The notes beneath the pieces are model-generated. The model was given only the letters and a program-made list of their open reading frames with translations, ran no database searches and was not told where the DNA came from. A stretch of DNA of 64,000 nt from Callorhinchus milii (taxonomy: Eukaryota): contig NW_024704742.1 of the NCBI RefSeq assembly GCF_018977255.1, positions 27,654,001 to 27,718,000 on the forward strand, in the 5' to 3' direction. This document shows positions 41,646 to 55,758 of this stretch, piece after piece. The translations under genes were made by a program, and so were the position numbers. Position 1 is the stretch's first letter. Each line of letters begins with the position of its first letter.

Positions 41646-42252
41646 ACCATTGGCCAACCAACAGCAATTGTCAGAAAAAATAACAGTAAATATGGCATCT
41701 CGTACCAGCCGGAAAAAGTGCTTCTTCTCAGGACACTGAGTAAGACTCCTCTGAAGAATTGCATGTAACGTCACGTTGACCAACAAGAACTTGTTTGACC
41801 TGAGAGCATGATTGCTCCTTTATTTTAATACAGACTTAGTTGCTCTTTGAGAAATAAGAGACCACCCATTTGGTGTGTGTTATCAAAAGATAAATTATAG
41901 AAAGCATGAGCCGAGTTGTGATATTGGTTGGAGGCTGCTGATTTGTGATTAACACCCAGCTCTGCTGGAACAATAAATCCCTGATATCACAGTGGAGCAC
42001 TGCAGGCAAATTACCTAACCTTGGGTGACAATTCATCATCAAGCAGACACTCAGTCATCATTTCGTGGTTGAACTTATCTTTGAAGTGGAATGTATTATT
42101 TGGGGGCGAGACAGGGGCGAGAATAGACTCCAAAGATGCTATTTTTGCAAAGTTATCTGTTGATGATGTATTTATTTTAGAATTGTTACCAACTTTTCTC
42201 GGACTGCCTGAAATCCTTGGAAATGACCAGACATTGCAGGTTTATGCCTTAA

Positions 42253-42417
<165 letters not shown>

Positions 42418-45400
42418 TAAGAGCTACCACCATTAACAACTCACCATTTCCATTTTTGTGCATTTTGCTGCCACACTGTTGAACGTGTTTTGCACTCAGT
42501 ACAAGGGTTATTCAGAGTAAATCATTATGGTCTGAAAGCGGTGGATTTTTTCCTATGGGTGATAGAACTGTCATCAGTTGCATGAAGTTGTAGATTTTGT
42601 TGTTTTTAAGCTTTGCTGCGATGAAAGTGTACACCTGCCTAATTGGCATGATCAATTCAAACAGTACGTTGCATTTACAAAGCACCTTTCGCGAAGGAAT
42701 ACGTTTCGAAATGCTTCACAGAGGCAGAAAAACTTGAGTATGGGAAACCTGTGATCAGGGTCTATTGGGGATTTAGTATCCATTGACTGCGACTCATCTC
42801 TCTCAGTGAAGTCATTTTGCTGCACCTCTTATCATAGGGTAGACTGAGACAGTTGCAGTCTTCTCTCAGTGCCATGCACACACAACACAATTCAGTAAGT
42901 CTAAAGACATCATAGGTCTGCCAGTACTCTAAATCCAGTGACTATGAATGGCAGGGACCCAATCAACTTGGCAAAAGAGAGAAGATGATTCTGATTTATG
43001 AGGAGAAGCTATACACAAGCTGAAAATATTCACACTGAAGAAGGAAAGGCTCAGAGAAGATCTTATTGAAATATTGCATTCCGAATGTGTTCAAAAGAGT
43101 AGAGATAAACTGAACCCCATTAACGTTTAACATGGTTAAAATTCTAAAACAAGGGGACCAAATTCAAAGAGGCAGAAGAGAAGTTGAACAGATACTTCAG
43201 ATCAAATTTAATTGCTTTTCACAGAGTGATAATATATAAAATGCACGAGCTTGGAGAGAGATTGTAGGAGAAAACTCAAAAGGGAATTAATCAGCCAGTG
43301 AGTATAAAGTAATGTCTAATTATTTAGTTATTTATTTTGACTTTGGGGTGAGTCAGATGGATGTGCAAATGTTCTTTCTCCAGTCCTATACTCCTTTAGC
43401 CAATGATTTGCTATGGAAAAATCGTATTAGAACCGTAGCCAGGTATAGCACAGAAGAAAGCCATTCGGCCCATTTTGTCCAGACTGGCTCTTTTAAAAAA
43501 GCAATTCTTTCAGTCCCATTTACCTGTCTTTACCTTAGGCCATTGCACTCAAGCCCTTTCCCCCTTGAAGATTTTGATCTTAAATTCTCAGTTTCTGTTG
43601 ACATTTTAACATTTACTACTGTGCTGACAAACCTCTTACCAATATCGATTGAGTATTTAGGAACCAAAAATGTGAAACCTGAACCGAATACAATAGACTT
43701 TACAACAACAAATTGCTGTTATGTAGCATCCATCACATTGGATAACATCTTGGAGCACTTCACAACCATAGTATTGGACACTGAGCATAGGAGGAGAGGG
43801 CGGGGGTGGTCATAAAGGAATGTTTTTAGGTGGCATCGGGGAATGAAACAGAGGGATGGAATGAGAGAGTTCCAAAGGGTGGGGACATAATTGCTGAAGG
43901 CTTGGCCACATATTCTGGGATGATTATGATGCGGGTGGGGAGATGGGGAGAATCTGGGAGAATCTGAAAGACCCAAAGGTTGACCTGTGGGTCTTTGTCG
44001 TGTGAAGAAGACCCGAGATTTTCATGACCATTGAAGCACGTTTCGTTTATTGCTTTTCTTTAATCAGTGAAAACCACAAGTGCTTTGAGGTATTTTAATC
44101 AGATTCATACGAGCTGGCCTCAAGCTGATAAGTTTCCATGTAAACAAACACCAACTGGTGTTGCATTCAAAAAAGAATACTTAAGATGAAGTCGGCCACG
44201 CCACAGCAGGATTCTTTCATTTCCTCATGGTACTGCGTTATATTGTCCTCAGATTGTTTCTTTGTTTTTTTAAGTTTTTCTTAAAGGACTCTTTGATGTA
44301 GACCAATAAGAAGCTGTTACGAAGCACTGCACGATGTTACGAATAAACAGAGCTCCTTCCACACTTCAGGTTTTACTGAATTAAGAAAGAAATCCTACGC
44401 TGGTTTAGTCAATGACACATAATTTGGGTACCTTTTTTTTCCTAACTCCCAAAAAGTCTTCATAATAATCAATAATAATAATTGCATTACTGCTTTACCA
44501 CATCATCAAAACACCTCAAGGTGCTTCACAGGATTTATTACAGAGAGTAGTAACTGTGTATTTTGCAGGCAAAATCCTGCATTACACGGCTTACTGGTTA
44601 TGGTATTTAATCAGTAAAAGTTCAGGGGGCTAACAATTGCTTGAACAAAATGCATGTACTATATTTAATAATTTGCTTAGATCAGAGACATAAACACATT
44701 CCAGTTATTCTATTGAGTTAATGTATAGCTTCAAGTAAAATAATACACAGGTGCTTTCAGGTGCTTTCCCGATGTGGAAGACATGATGTAAACTTAAACT
44801 GTAATTCTGTTATATTAATCCAGGTTTATCTTTGATTTGTTTGTTCAGATTTGAAGACTGCTGATATATTTCTGCTCCTCATTTAAAAAGCTACAAGTTG
44901 GCATTTGTGTCTAAGATCAATTCACTATGAAATAAATTATTTTCTTTGATTCAATCTTGATAAGATGCATATATATAATATACTATATATAATACTCTAT
45001 GTATGTATAGTACTATATATCAAATATATTGTATATTATACAGGATAGAATATCAGATTTGGATATATATTAAAAATTGATGCCCGTTTTCAACGATAAA
45101 GTCTTTCAGAAGCCAAAGGTGCTTGTTAATTAAATTCAGCAAATTCAGCAGTGTCATCTCGTTGAGGGCACAAGCTGTGACTGGACTTTATCTATTTATA
45201 TTTCTTCAGCAAAGTAATTGTGAATGAACTGAATAATTATCAGTCTGAGCTTATCTTGTCCAACGAGTAACACCTTTTCCCAGTTACAACTCATTTCTAA
45301 TGTTCTTTAGTCGCCATGTGCAACACTTGATATGGTATCTGCTGTTGCACTGAAGTGAAGATGTGCTGTTTCATGACCAAAGGCATTTTGATTCCTTCCT

Positions 45401-45742
45401 GAAATTGCAGTATTCAGTCTAAATGCATCATGTTGGTTATCTACAATGACCGTGTGATGTTAACTTGCTCCAGTACTGCAGAAAGAATGAATAAAGCAGC
45501 TTGCAATTTTATATTGCCTTTCCTTGCTGAGACATCGCAAAGTACTTCACTAGTCATTAATGCCAAATACATTTTTGTAGGAGACCATCCTCAATTTGAA
45601 CCAACAAGGTCTTGCAAACAGCTTTGCGGTGAACAACCGATTTATCTGGAGGATCGTTGATCAGGGCACCAGGAGAAACTACCTTCGTAGTGTCATGGAA
45701 TTACTAAACATCCATTTGAAGAACATGCAGATTAGACAGACA

Positions 45743-45940
45743 GCAACAACAACACAATTACATTGCATAGCGCCTTTCACTTTGGGAGGACGTCCCAAGG
45801 CGCTGGACAATCAGAGTTTTGGACCTGAGCTGGGGTCGGTATTGGGGAGAGTGGAGGGCAGGGAGGATGCAGGGTGATCGAAAGCACCCCCTCCCTTGCT
45901 TGCCCTTGAGATGGGTCTCGAAGCAGGCAAGGGAGGGGGT
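45743..45940 (-). mobile_element. L2 3' end fragment
   Basis: (caa)n tail; antisense of the L2 3'UTR. Confidence 0.8.
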
Positions 45941-45949
45941 TTCCTTGCA

Positions 45950-47243
45950 AGGGCAAGATGGTTTTCCAGTCGGGTTTTCGTGCTGCTCACAGCACAGAAA
46001 CTGCTCTGGTCAAGGTCACAAACGACGTCCTGACCATGTGTGACCAGGGCTCCCTCTGCCTCCTCCATGGACTACTCAATCCTCCTCCACTGCCTCTCCT
46101 CCCACTTCAACCTTCAAGGTTCTGACCTTGAGTGGTTCAGGTCCTACCTTTCACACCGCCTCTACTTCGTCGCAGCAAACAGCTTCTCCTCCAGCCCCCT
46201 CACTCGTGCGGTGTTCCTCAGGGCTCTGTCCTCGGTCCCCTCCTCTTCACCCTCTACATGCTCCCCCTTGGTGACATCATCTGCAGACATGGGATAAATT
46301 TCCGCATATATGCGGATGACACCCAACTATATCTCTCTGACTCCACCCTGAACTCCAGGACTACTGGCGTCCTGACCGACTGCCTGTCCGACATCAAGTC
46401 CTGGACGAGGGCCAACTTTCTCCTACTCAATGTCTGGAAGACCGAGGCCTTCCTGATTGGCTCGCACCAGCACCTCCGCACCTCAGGCATTGGCAGCATC
46501 AGCCTCCATGGCTGCACACTCAACCTCACTAAGCCAGTCAGGAACCTGGGTGTCTTGTTCGACCCTGAACTGTCCTTTCTCCCCCACATCCTCGCCATGA
46601 CCGGCACTGCCTACTACCACCTCCGCAAAATTGCCAGACTCCGCCACTACCTCACCCTTCAGGCTGCCAAAACCCTCACCCACGCATTCGTCACAGCATG
46701 GCCTGACTTCGGGAACTCCCTCCTCATCGGCCTTCCCAACTCTTCCCTTTACAAGCTGCAGATCATCCAAACCTCTGCAGCTCATGTACTCTCATGCACC
46801 AGGCTCCATGACCCCATCACTCCCACCCTCACCCGACTCCACTGGCTCCCCATCCCCCAGAGGATCAAGTTCAAGATCCTCATTCTCACCTTTAAGGCCA
46901 TCCATAGCCTTGCCCCCTCCTACCTCTCTGACCTGCTGACTCCCTACCAACCTGCCCGCTCCCTGTCTCCCGCTCGACCCGCCGGGCTTTCAGCCTCTCT
47001 GCCCCCACACTCTAGAACTCCATCCCATGGTCCCTTCACCTCGCTTTCTCCCTTCCTCCTTCAAGGCCAGTCTCAAGACCCTTCTCTTTGACCAAGCCTT
47101 TGGTCTCCTTCCCACCTTTCTGCCTTCCCTCACCCCTACATATCCTCCTCCCCCATGCTCGGGCCCCGACACCTGACTGTTCAGCGCTTTCGGACGTTCT
47201 CCCGATGTGAAAGGCGCTCTATAAATGTAATTTTGTTGTTGTT
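45950..47243 (+). mobile_element. L2 LINE, 5'-truncated, with a 319-aa RT ORF remnant (46132-47091)
   Basis: [30 protein letters not shown] and [15 protein letters not shown] motifs; (ttg)n tail. Confidence 0.95.
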
Positions 47244-50175
47244 TTGAGGTGGAGGGACTGTGGGATGGAATTCTAGAGGGTAGAGGCAGAGTGGCAGAAG
47301 GCCTGCCCACCAATGGTGGGGCAGGTGAGGTGGGGGATGTGAAGCAGGCCAGAGCCTGCTGAGCGGAAGGAGCGGGCAGGATGGTAGGGGTTTAGGAGAT
47401 CGCAGAGTTAGGAGAGAGCAAGACCATGGAGGGTTTTGACGGTGACGACTAGGATCTTGAATTGTATCCTCTGTGTGATGGGAAGCCAGTGGAGTTGGGC
47501 AAGGATGGGGGTCATAGAGTCACGGAGGCTGATAGAATCATAGAATGTTACGGTACAGAAGGAGGCCATTCGGCCCATGAAGTCTGTGCTCTTTGACAAA
47601 GCGTCACTTTCACTGACCCCAATCACCAGCTTTCTCCCCATAACCCTGTAAACCCATCTTCCCCGGATACCTATCCAGTTCTCTCTTAAAAGCTGTTATC
47701 GAATCGGACTTCACTGCCCTTTTAGGCAGATCATTCCAAATTCTAACAACTCGCTGAGTGAAAAAAATTCTTCTAACCTCCCCTCTGCTTCTTTTGGTAG
47801 ATATCTTAAGACTGTGACCACGAGTCACAGACACACCTACCAGCGGAAACAACTTTTCCCTATCTCGCCTGTCGAAACCTTTCATGATCTTGAAGACCTC
47901 TATCAGGTCCCCACGTAACCTTCTCTGCTCTAATGGGAAAAGTCCTAACTTTTCCAGCCTGTCCTCATAGCTAAGCTTCCCCATTCCTGGTATCATTCTC
48001 GTGAATCTCCTCTGCACCCTTTCCAGTGCCTTAATATCCTTCCTGAGGTAAGGTGCCCAGAACTGGACGCAGTACTCCAGCTGAGGCCTAACCAGTGTTT
48101 TGTACAGATTAAGCATAACCTCCCTACTCTTATACTCTATGCCCCTACTAATGAAGCTCAGTACACCAAATGCCCTTTTTTACTGCTCTATCTACCTGCT
48201 TTGCCACCTTCAATGAATCGCTTACTTGAATGCCCAGATCTCTCTGTACATTCACTCCCTTTAAGATTGAGCTACCAAACCTATATTGCCTCCTATCATT
48301 TTTCCTACCTAAGTGTATCACCTCACACTTATCCACATTGAAATCCATCTGCCACATGTCAGCCCATTCCACCATTCTGTGTATTCTTGCAGTTGGTTAC
48401 AGTCCTCCTCACTATTTACTACCCTACCTAACTTTGTATCATCTGCAAACTTGGAAATAGTGCTCCCTATGCCCAAGTCCAGATCATTAATATATATTAG
48501 AAAGAGCAGTGGTCCCAATACCGATCCGTGGGGGACACGGCTACACACTTCCTTCCATTGCGAGAAACACCCATTAACCACCACCCTCTGCATTCTGTCA
48601 CTCAGCCAGTTCCTAATCCAAACGGCTACTGTCCCCTTAATACTGTGGGCCTCCAGTTTTTTATTAACCTCTTATGCGATACTGTGTCAAAAGCCTTTTT
48701 AAAATCCATGTAAATAATGTCCACCGCATTTCCCTCATCAACCCTCGCAGTCACCTCTTCAAAAAATTCTATTAGATTTGTTAGGCAAGATTTGCCTTTA
48801 ACAAATCCATGTTGGTTGTCTCTAATTACCTCGTGTTCCTCTAAGTAGAGATTTATTTTGTCCCGGATTACGGTCTCCAGTAGCTTTCCTATTACCGAAG
48901 TTAGGCTGACTGGCCTGTAATTTCCAGGCTTGTCTTTCTGCCCCTTTTTGTAGAGTGGGGTAACATTAGCTACTCTCCAGTCTCTTGGCACCACTCCTGT
49001 GTCCAATGATGATTGAAGTATAATGGCCAAAACCTCTGCTATTTGAACCCGTATCTCCCACAGCAACCTTGGGTGAAACCAATCTGGTCCTGGTGACTTA
49101 TCAATTTTGAGTCCAGTCAATCTTTTCAGAACTTCCTCTCTGTCTATAGTAATCTGATCTATGTCATCTACCCTGTCATCCAATACTGTGGCATTTGGGG
49201 CATCCGTTTCCGTTGTGAAGACAGATGCAAAGTACTCGTTTAGTGATGATGCGGGAGAGGACATGGGCTGCAGAGTTCTGGATGATCTGCAGTCTATGGC
49301 GGGAGGAGTTGGAAAGGCCAACAAGCAAGGATTTTGCCTTACTTGTGGGAGCAGTACCAGTGGACAGGGAGAGATTTATGATGTCTGTGAGTAGAGGAGC
49401 AAGGAGGTGGAGCTAGAAGGTAAGGAGAGGGGTAGGGATGGTGTTGAGGGAGCAGGTGGTCGGTTTCAAGCGGGTTACAGTGGTGGTGAGAGAGGAGGGG
49501 GAGACAGGTTCGAAGGTGTGGAGGGAGGAATGGGTAGGGGCCAGGGTGAGAGGTGGAGATGGGCGTTGGGTTAGTAGAGGTGTAGAGACAGCTGAGCGGA
49601 TCCCCTCACTTTGGATTTCAGGAAGTCCAGCATCGTCTCACAGTTGGCATTGGAGGTGACGATGGGTGAAGTGTGAGAGGGTGGACAGAAGAGCTAGTTG
49701 CTGATGGAGAAGAGGATCCTGGTGTTTTTCTTGGCCTCCAAGATTGACTTGGAGTAGAACGACAATTTAATGGAGGCGAGAGTAGAGCGGTAGGATTTGT
49801 TAAGGTCCAGCCAGATGGACCAATGGACTGTTAAGTTCGATTTAAGCCAGTTGCGTTCAGCGACATGCATCTGTGCTTTAAGGGAGTGGAGGTGGCTGGT
49901 GTACCATGGTGATTTACGTGAGTAGGAGATGGTTCAGGAAGTGTGGCAAGCAAAGGAATTGAGATTGGAGGAAAGGGAACTGTGGAGAAGAATGACCGAG
50001 GAGGATAGGTCGTTGCAGGAGGAAGCCTAGAGGGGAAGTAGTTCAGATGACTCCAAGGCAGCTGAGTGGGAGGGGGGGGAAGATTTTTTTCCATGGGTGG
50101 TAGGAGATGGAGGTAGGTTGGATGGCGGTGGGGAGAGGGATTGAGGAGTTAAGGGAGATGAAGTGATGGTCCGAG
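47244..50175 (-). mobile_element. Older L2 copy split by a CR1 insertion (L2 parts 47244-47533 and 49247-50175)
   Basis: The two flanks rejoin as gtcacggaggctgat|gcgggagaggacatgggctgcagag, matching the uninterrupted L2 at ~52540-52580. Confidence 0.85.
47534..49246 (-). mobile_element. Relatively young 5'-truncated CR1 LINE (RT domain with a few frameshifts)
   Basis: LNEYFASVFT, PGNYRPVSLTS, QHGFVKGKSCLTNL, DFKKAFD, KFADDTKL and LVRPQLEYCVQFWAPY motifs; ttctatgattct tail. Confidence 0.95.
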
Positions 50176-50299
50176 ACCCCAGTTTAACATCTCATTTATT
50201 TGGTCAGCCGGGTGTCTTCACGCATCAGAAAACCATCACTTTACTTAAGAGTATCCAAACCAAACTGAGAGTTCCACATATATATGCCAACTATATATG

Positions 50300-50666
50300 T
50301 GGAGTCCTGTAGCTCAGTAGATAGAGCACTCACCTCGCAAGTGAGAGACCTAGGTTTGATTTTCGGCAGGGCGAAATGTTGGGCAAGTTTCCTTACTCCA
50401 CATGCTTCTGTTTACCTAGCAGTAAGTTGGAACCCGGTTGTTAGGCGTTTGGCAGATCGCTTTCCAGGGGTAAAAATTCCTTCAAAAAAAAAAATTGGTC
50501 ACTCAAAGCGCGACTGTTTATGGGACACTGTTGTGCGCAATTGTCTGCCGCATTTTGCCTACAAAATATACAGTCAATTCATTTTACAGTATAATCTGTG
50601 AATTGCTTTGAGACGTCTAGAAGACGTGATAAGGAGCTATATGAAATGCAAGGATTATTATTATTA
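50300..50666 (+). mobile_element. Family A tRNA-Ala CORE-like SINE, full length
   Basis: Anticodon arm ctcac-ctCGCaa-gtgag; core ttgggcaagtttccttactccacatgcttctgtttacctagcagtaa; (tta)n tail. Confidence 0.85.
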
Positions 50667-52149
50667 GCCACGCATGGAAATTGCCATGTGTCTGGAATAG
50701 AATATGCACTCTGTCCCTGGAGGATTACACACAGCTTTTCTAATTTCGGAGAGAATGAGGTGTGGGTTGGCAAAAGCAAAAGCAAACAATAACAAAAAAG
50801 CAAAGGCTTGGGGATCCTAGCGCGTATGTTGAGGTTCTGTTGAATTTAATGCCTCATGATATTAGTCTTATTAATGAAACCAATATCTCACCTGAAGGAA
50901 AATTCTCCAACAGTGCAATGTTTCCCCAGGACTGTACTAGAGTATCAACTTATTCTAGCAAGCTTATTGTTTAAATCGCTACATTTAGCAGCTTGACAGA
51001 TTTCACACACATTATGAATGTGTAATTTTGACTTGGTCTTTTTACTGGATCAGAGCTGTATATTTCTTGGAACGTAGAAGATCATTGGGGTTTCCGCTGC
51101 TGAGATCAACAACCTTTGGCTTCATTCAAACGTAGTATTTTCCAATAGTGCAGAGAATTTTTTGTCAACTAGTTTTACATCTATCTTGCACCAGAAGGGC
51201 AGTGCCTCATTGGAAGAGCTATTGGAAATGCAGTGGACAGACTTTCAGTCAGACTGTGAAGTAATTTGTGCAGTTGCATGAAAGATAAACTTAGAAATGC
51301 CTTGCATCCATTCTTAATTGTCCCCCTGACTTCAAGCAGCTGATGTCAGCCTTTATGTGTGTTGAACTTCAGTTACCCTGTATCTTTGATGTATTTTCAT
51401 GCTTATAATTAATGAACAAAATGCCAGCAGTAGTTTTTAAATGTAACTGCAGGTTATAAAACACCATTGTTAACTCAGTCATACTCGTGGTTCGAACTCC
51501 AGTGGAGGCGACTCATATTTCTGAAATAAAATGTGAAGCTCTTCACAAATTATGAGATGTGTGTAGCTCAATAGATCTGTGTAATATTGCCTCCCAGGAT
51601 TGTGATTATACTGGTGCTTTATAAAGCATGTTCCCTCTCTGTGAGGAGATGGATTTAATCATGTGGAATGCAACCTGCACTCTCCGTGTTCCTTAGACCC
51701 AGTTAACCTGAATTAGTCCACTTCACAACTGCCATCATTCTCTTGTCTGCTACATTAACATTCATTACATTAAAAACCATTATAATAGAATCAATTAGTA
51801 TTTTCAGAACCTCTTCCTCATGCATTTATAATATAGGGAAAACGTTTTCCAAAGACCTTTCCTAATCCTACGCATTCATTAGAAAATACACAGTCATACA
51901 CTTTACAGTATACCAAAAATAACTTGCATTTATGTAGTGCCATTCAAACGATGCAATACATCCAATGAAGAACTTTGAGACATACACCTAAAGTAAAAGA
52001 TGCCTAATCAATTGCAAGGATTATCATTTTTTTATTATTATTATTTTTAGTATTATGTTATTATGTCTAAAATAATGGCGGCAAACAGGGTTCAGGTACA
52101 GTTAGAAACTTTGTCCCATGAATATTCTTAATAAGATCGACAAGTATTT

Positions 52150-53750
52150 CGGACCCGAGCTGCAGGGTCAGGATCGGGGAGGGTGGAGGGCAGTGGGGGG
52201 AAGGAGGGTGACTGAAGCCACGATCGAAGAGGAGGGTCTTGAGACTGGTCTTGACGGAGGCAAGGGAGGTGTCTAAGTGGAGGGACTGCAGGATGGAGTT
52301 CCAGAGGGTGGGGATAGAATGACTGAAAGCCCGCCCGTCAATGGTGGGGCAGGTGAGGCAGGGAAGGAGAAGCAGGCCGGAGCCCGCTGAGTGGAGGTAG
52401 CTGGCAGGTTGGTAGGGGTATAGGGGGTTGCAGAGGTAGGGGGGGAGCAAGACCATGAATGGCTTTGAAAGTGAGGACCAGGATCTTGACTGTATGTGAT
52501 GGGAGGCCAGTGGAGTTGGGCAAGGATGGGAGTGATAGGGTCATGGAGCCTGGTGCGGGAGAGTACATGGGCTGCAGAGTTCTGGATGATCTGCAGCCTG
52601 TGGAGGGAGGAGTTGGAAAGGCCGCCAAGCAAGGATTTTGCGTATTCAAGCCTCGATGTAATGAATGCATGTATGAGGGTTTCGGCGGCCTGGGGTGTGA
52701 GACAGTGGCGGAGCCGGGCAATGTTGTGGAGGTGAGCGATGGCAGAGTGGGTCATGGCACAGATGTGGGTAGAAAGGATAGTTAAGGATCAAACAAGAGC
52801 CCAAGGTTCCGGACTGGTTTAGTAAGGTGGAGTGTGCAACCATGGATGGTGATGCTGTCAGCGCCTGAGGTGTGGAGTCGCTGACAGGAGCCAATCTGGA
52901 GAGCCTCAGTCTTGTTGATGTTCAACTGTAGAAAGTTAGCTCTCATCCAGGACTTGATGTCTAACAGACATTATGTCAGCACATTATGTCTCTGACTCCA
53001 CCCTGGAGTCATGGGTGGAGGCAGAGAGGTAGAGTTGGGTGTCATCCACATACATGTAGAAGTTGACGCCATGTCTGCGGATGATGTCACCAAGAAGGAG
53101 CACATAGATATTGAAAAGGAGGGGACCAAGGACAGAGCCCTGAGGAACTCTGCACAAGATCGTGTGGGTGCTGGAGGAAAAGCCGTTTGTGGAGATGAAG
53201 TGCAGATGGTGTGAGAGGTGCGATCTGAACCATTCCAGGGCAGAACCATGAAGGTTGAGGTGAGCGGAGAGGCGGTGGATGAGGATAGAGTGGTCAGCGG
53301 TATCGAAGGCAGATGAGAGGTCAAGAAGGACAAGGGGCAGGGGGAGCCCTGATCGTAGATGGACAAAATGTCATTCGTCACTTTGACCAAAGCTGTCGCT
53401 GTGCTGTGGGCAGCACGGAAACCCGATTGAAGGGATTCGTGAAGGGAGTGGCAGGAGAGGAAGGAGAGAAGCTGAGAAGCAATGACTCATTCCAGGACCT
53501 TGGAAAGGAAAGGGAGTTTGGAGATGGGGTGGTAATTTGAGAGCAGGGATGCTCCCAGTGGGAGTTCTTTAAGGATAGGAGTGAAGAATATACAGTCAAT
53601 TCATGCTATATCAAATGCAAGGATTATTATTTATTTATTGACAGCCATTTTTAAAGAGGTGGGAACGTTGCCAGTGGACAGGAAGAAATTTATGATGCCT
53701 GTGAGTAGGAAAGCAAGGAGGTGGACCTGGGAGGAAAGGGGAAACTTGAA
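52150..53750 (-). mobile_element. L2 LINE RT region and 3' end, with a SINE tail inserted at ~53586-53637
   Basis: HNIARLRHCLTPQAAETLIHAFITSRL..QNSAA and LVKVTNDIL peptides. Confidence 0.9.
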
Positions 53751-53934
53751 GTCTTGTTGATTCCTAAATCTTTTATAATGGCTAAGACAGACCCTGGGGA
53801 ATAGATGAACAAATAAACAGTTTAAAAACACTTTGGATTGTCTCATCTTCATGAAGTCGAATGTGAACTGTATTTGTGTTTCTGAATGAGCCAGGTGCTG
53901 CAGTGAAGATAAAGGGAGTTCATTCTAACCTCTA

Positions 53935-54080
53935 AGAGTCCTGTAGCTCAGTGGCTAGAGCACTTGTCTTACTAGTGAGAGGCCTGGGTTCGATTCCTGG
54001 CAGTGCGAAATGTTGGGCAAGTTTCCTTACTCAACCCGCCTCTGTTTATCTAGCAGAAAGTAGCAACCCGCTTGTTAGTC
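53935..54080 (+). mobile_element. Family A SINE 5' half
   Basis: gagtcctgtagctcagtggctagagc..gggttcgattcc. Confidence 0.8.
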
Positions 54081-54589
54081 AAGTGGCAATCAATACCACA
54101 CACACACACACCACCACACACACCAAAACAATTGGGAGTAGTCTGGGGCTGGGGAAATATTCCACGCTTAGTATTATAGGATGGTTCACTGTCCGACAGA
54201 TGCTCTCTGCTTGTGTATTAGTTTTTCTCCTTTTTTCTGTATACATAGTGCACATGTGGGCAGAGGCAAGCAGGGAGAATGGCTTTTGCAATTTTCTGGG
54301 GGGGCAGGGAACAGAAGGAAAGGCGGTTCCAAAGGGTTACCTGCATATTCAGTGCAATCATCCAACAAGGTGTAGTTTCTTCATCACATAAATTATTTGA
54401 TTTCACATTGAAAGAGATGATGCTTATCTCATTTTATGAAAATGTTCATGGTACTCTTCACTCACACGGGAATATCTAATTGAACCAAATGTTCTAATTG
54501 TAGCTTATAACAATTGTGAGACTACTCATTATACCACAAGCAAATGTACAGCAATGGTATTATCAGCAGTTGCAACTGGAGGCTGAACT

Positions 54590-55001
54590 CACTCTAGAAT
54601 ATAGAAGAATTAGAGGGGATCTTATAGAAACCTATAAGATCATCAAAAGGCATAATAGAGTAGATAGTAGGAGATTATTTCCCCTGGTTGGAGAAACTAA
54701 AACCAGGGGTCACAACCTTAAAATCAGAGGCCAGCCCTTACGCACTGAGTTGAGGAAGAACTTCTTCACTCAAAGTAAATGTATGGAACTCGATACCCCA
54801 AAGGACTGTTGACGCTCAGTCCTTGAACATATTCAAGACTGCGATAGATATATTTCTTATTGCAAAAAGGATTAAAAGATATGGGGATAAGGCAAGGTTA
54901 GGTTATTAGCTGGAGTTAGATTAGAAGATCAGCCATGATTGAATGGCGGGGCAGGCTCGAAGGGCCGAATGGCCTACTCCTGCTCCTACATGTTATGTTA
55001 T
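54590..55001 (+). mobile_element. CR1 3' end
   Basis: LEYRRIRGDLIETYKI..TRGHNLKI..FFTQ; 3'UTR as at ~21640. Confidence 0.9.
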
Positions 55002-55357
55002 GTGCATGTGTAGTGTAACAGTTTAGCTCTAAATGTGGCTCAATAGAATTTCTTTAATAAAGCGTTCACAGTTGCAGAATGGCTGTCTCGTTGATGGAGC
55101 ATTGTTAGAGTTTCAAAATCCGTTCCTTTCATCTGTCTGGGTATTTGAGCCGGTTTCTGAACAGAATTAATCGGGTAACAAATTCCTGCAACATAATGCA
55201 AAAAAAAATGAACTAGGAACTGGCTGGAATAGAACAATTATTTGGTGCTGAATCAAACTAGAAAAAAAATTCCTGGTGGCAATCTTAGAAAAAACCCCAA
55301 AATGTGAGAACTATGAATTAGGTGAACAGGGTTAATCTAGAATGATTTGCAAGGCAC

Positions 55358-55501
55358 AGTCTAACGAAGGGTCGTGGACCCGAAACGTTGACTCACTTTC
55401 CTTTCTCCATAGATGCTGCCTGACCTGCTGAATTTTCCCAGCTCTCTCTGATTTTGTTTCAGATTCCAGCATCTGCAGTATTTTGTGTTTTGTTAGTCTA
55501 A
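55358..55501 (+). mobile_element. Penelope-type short repeat with a hammerhead-core remnant, bounded by AGTCTAA direct repeats
   Basis: cgaagggtcgtggacccgaaacgttgactc..agatgctgcctgacctgctga..ttcagattccagcatctgcagta; AGTCTAA at 55358-55364 and 55495-55501. Confidence 0.7.
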
Positions 55502-55758
55502 ATCATGTCTCAATCCAGGGAATTCCATGGACTGCTGCCACGATCAGTTCTGTTCACCATCACTGCAAGGACATTAAACAGCCAACACAGCTTTCATTTT
55601 AAAATTTCCACCTCTATTCAGAAGCCCAGGGCACTTGTGCTATTTTCTAATTGAGGGATGAGACAGGACTCTTAGGCTCTGCCAAATCTACCTTTGAGTC
55701 ATCCCTTAGATGGAGAAGAACAGCTTTATATTCTAGGGAACTCAGTTGGCACAATCGT

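Noticed and set aside
46132..49324. Long RT ORFs as a novel retron- or DGR-like system or a domesticated gene
   Set aside because: These are ordinary 5'-truncated, frameshifted L2 and CR1 copies with many decayed siblings in the window.
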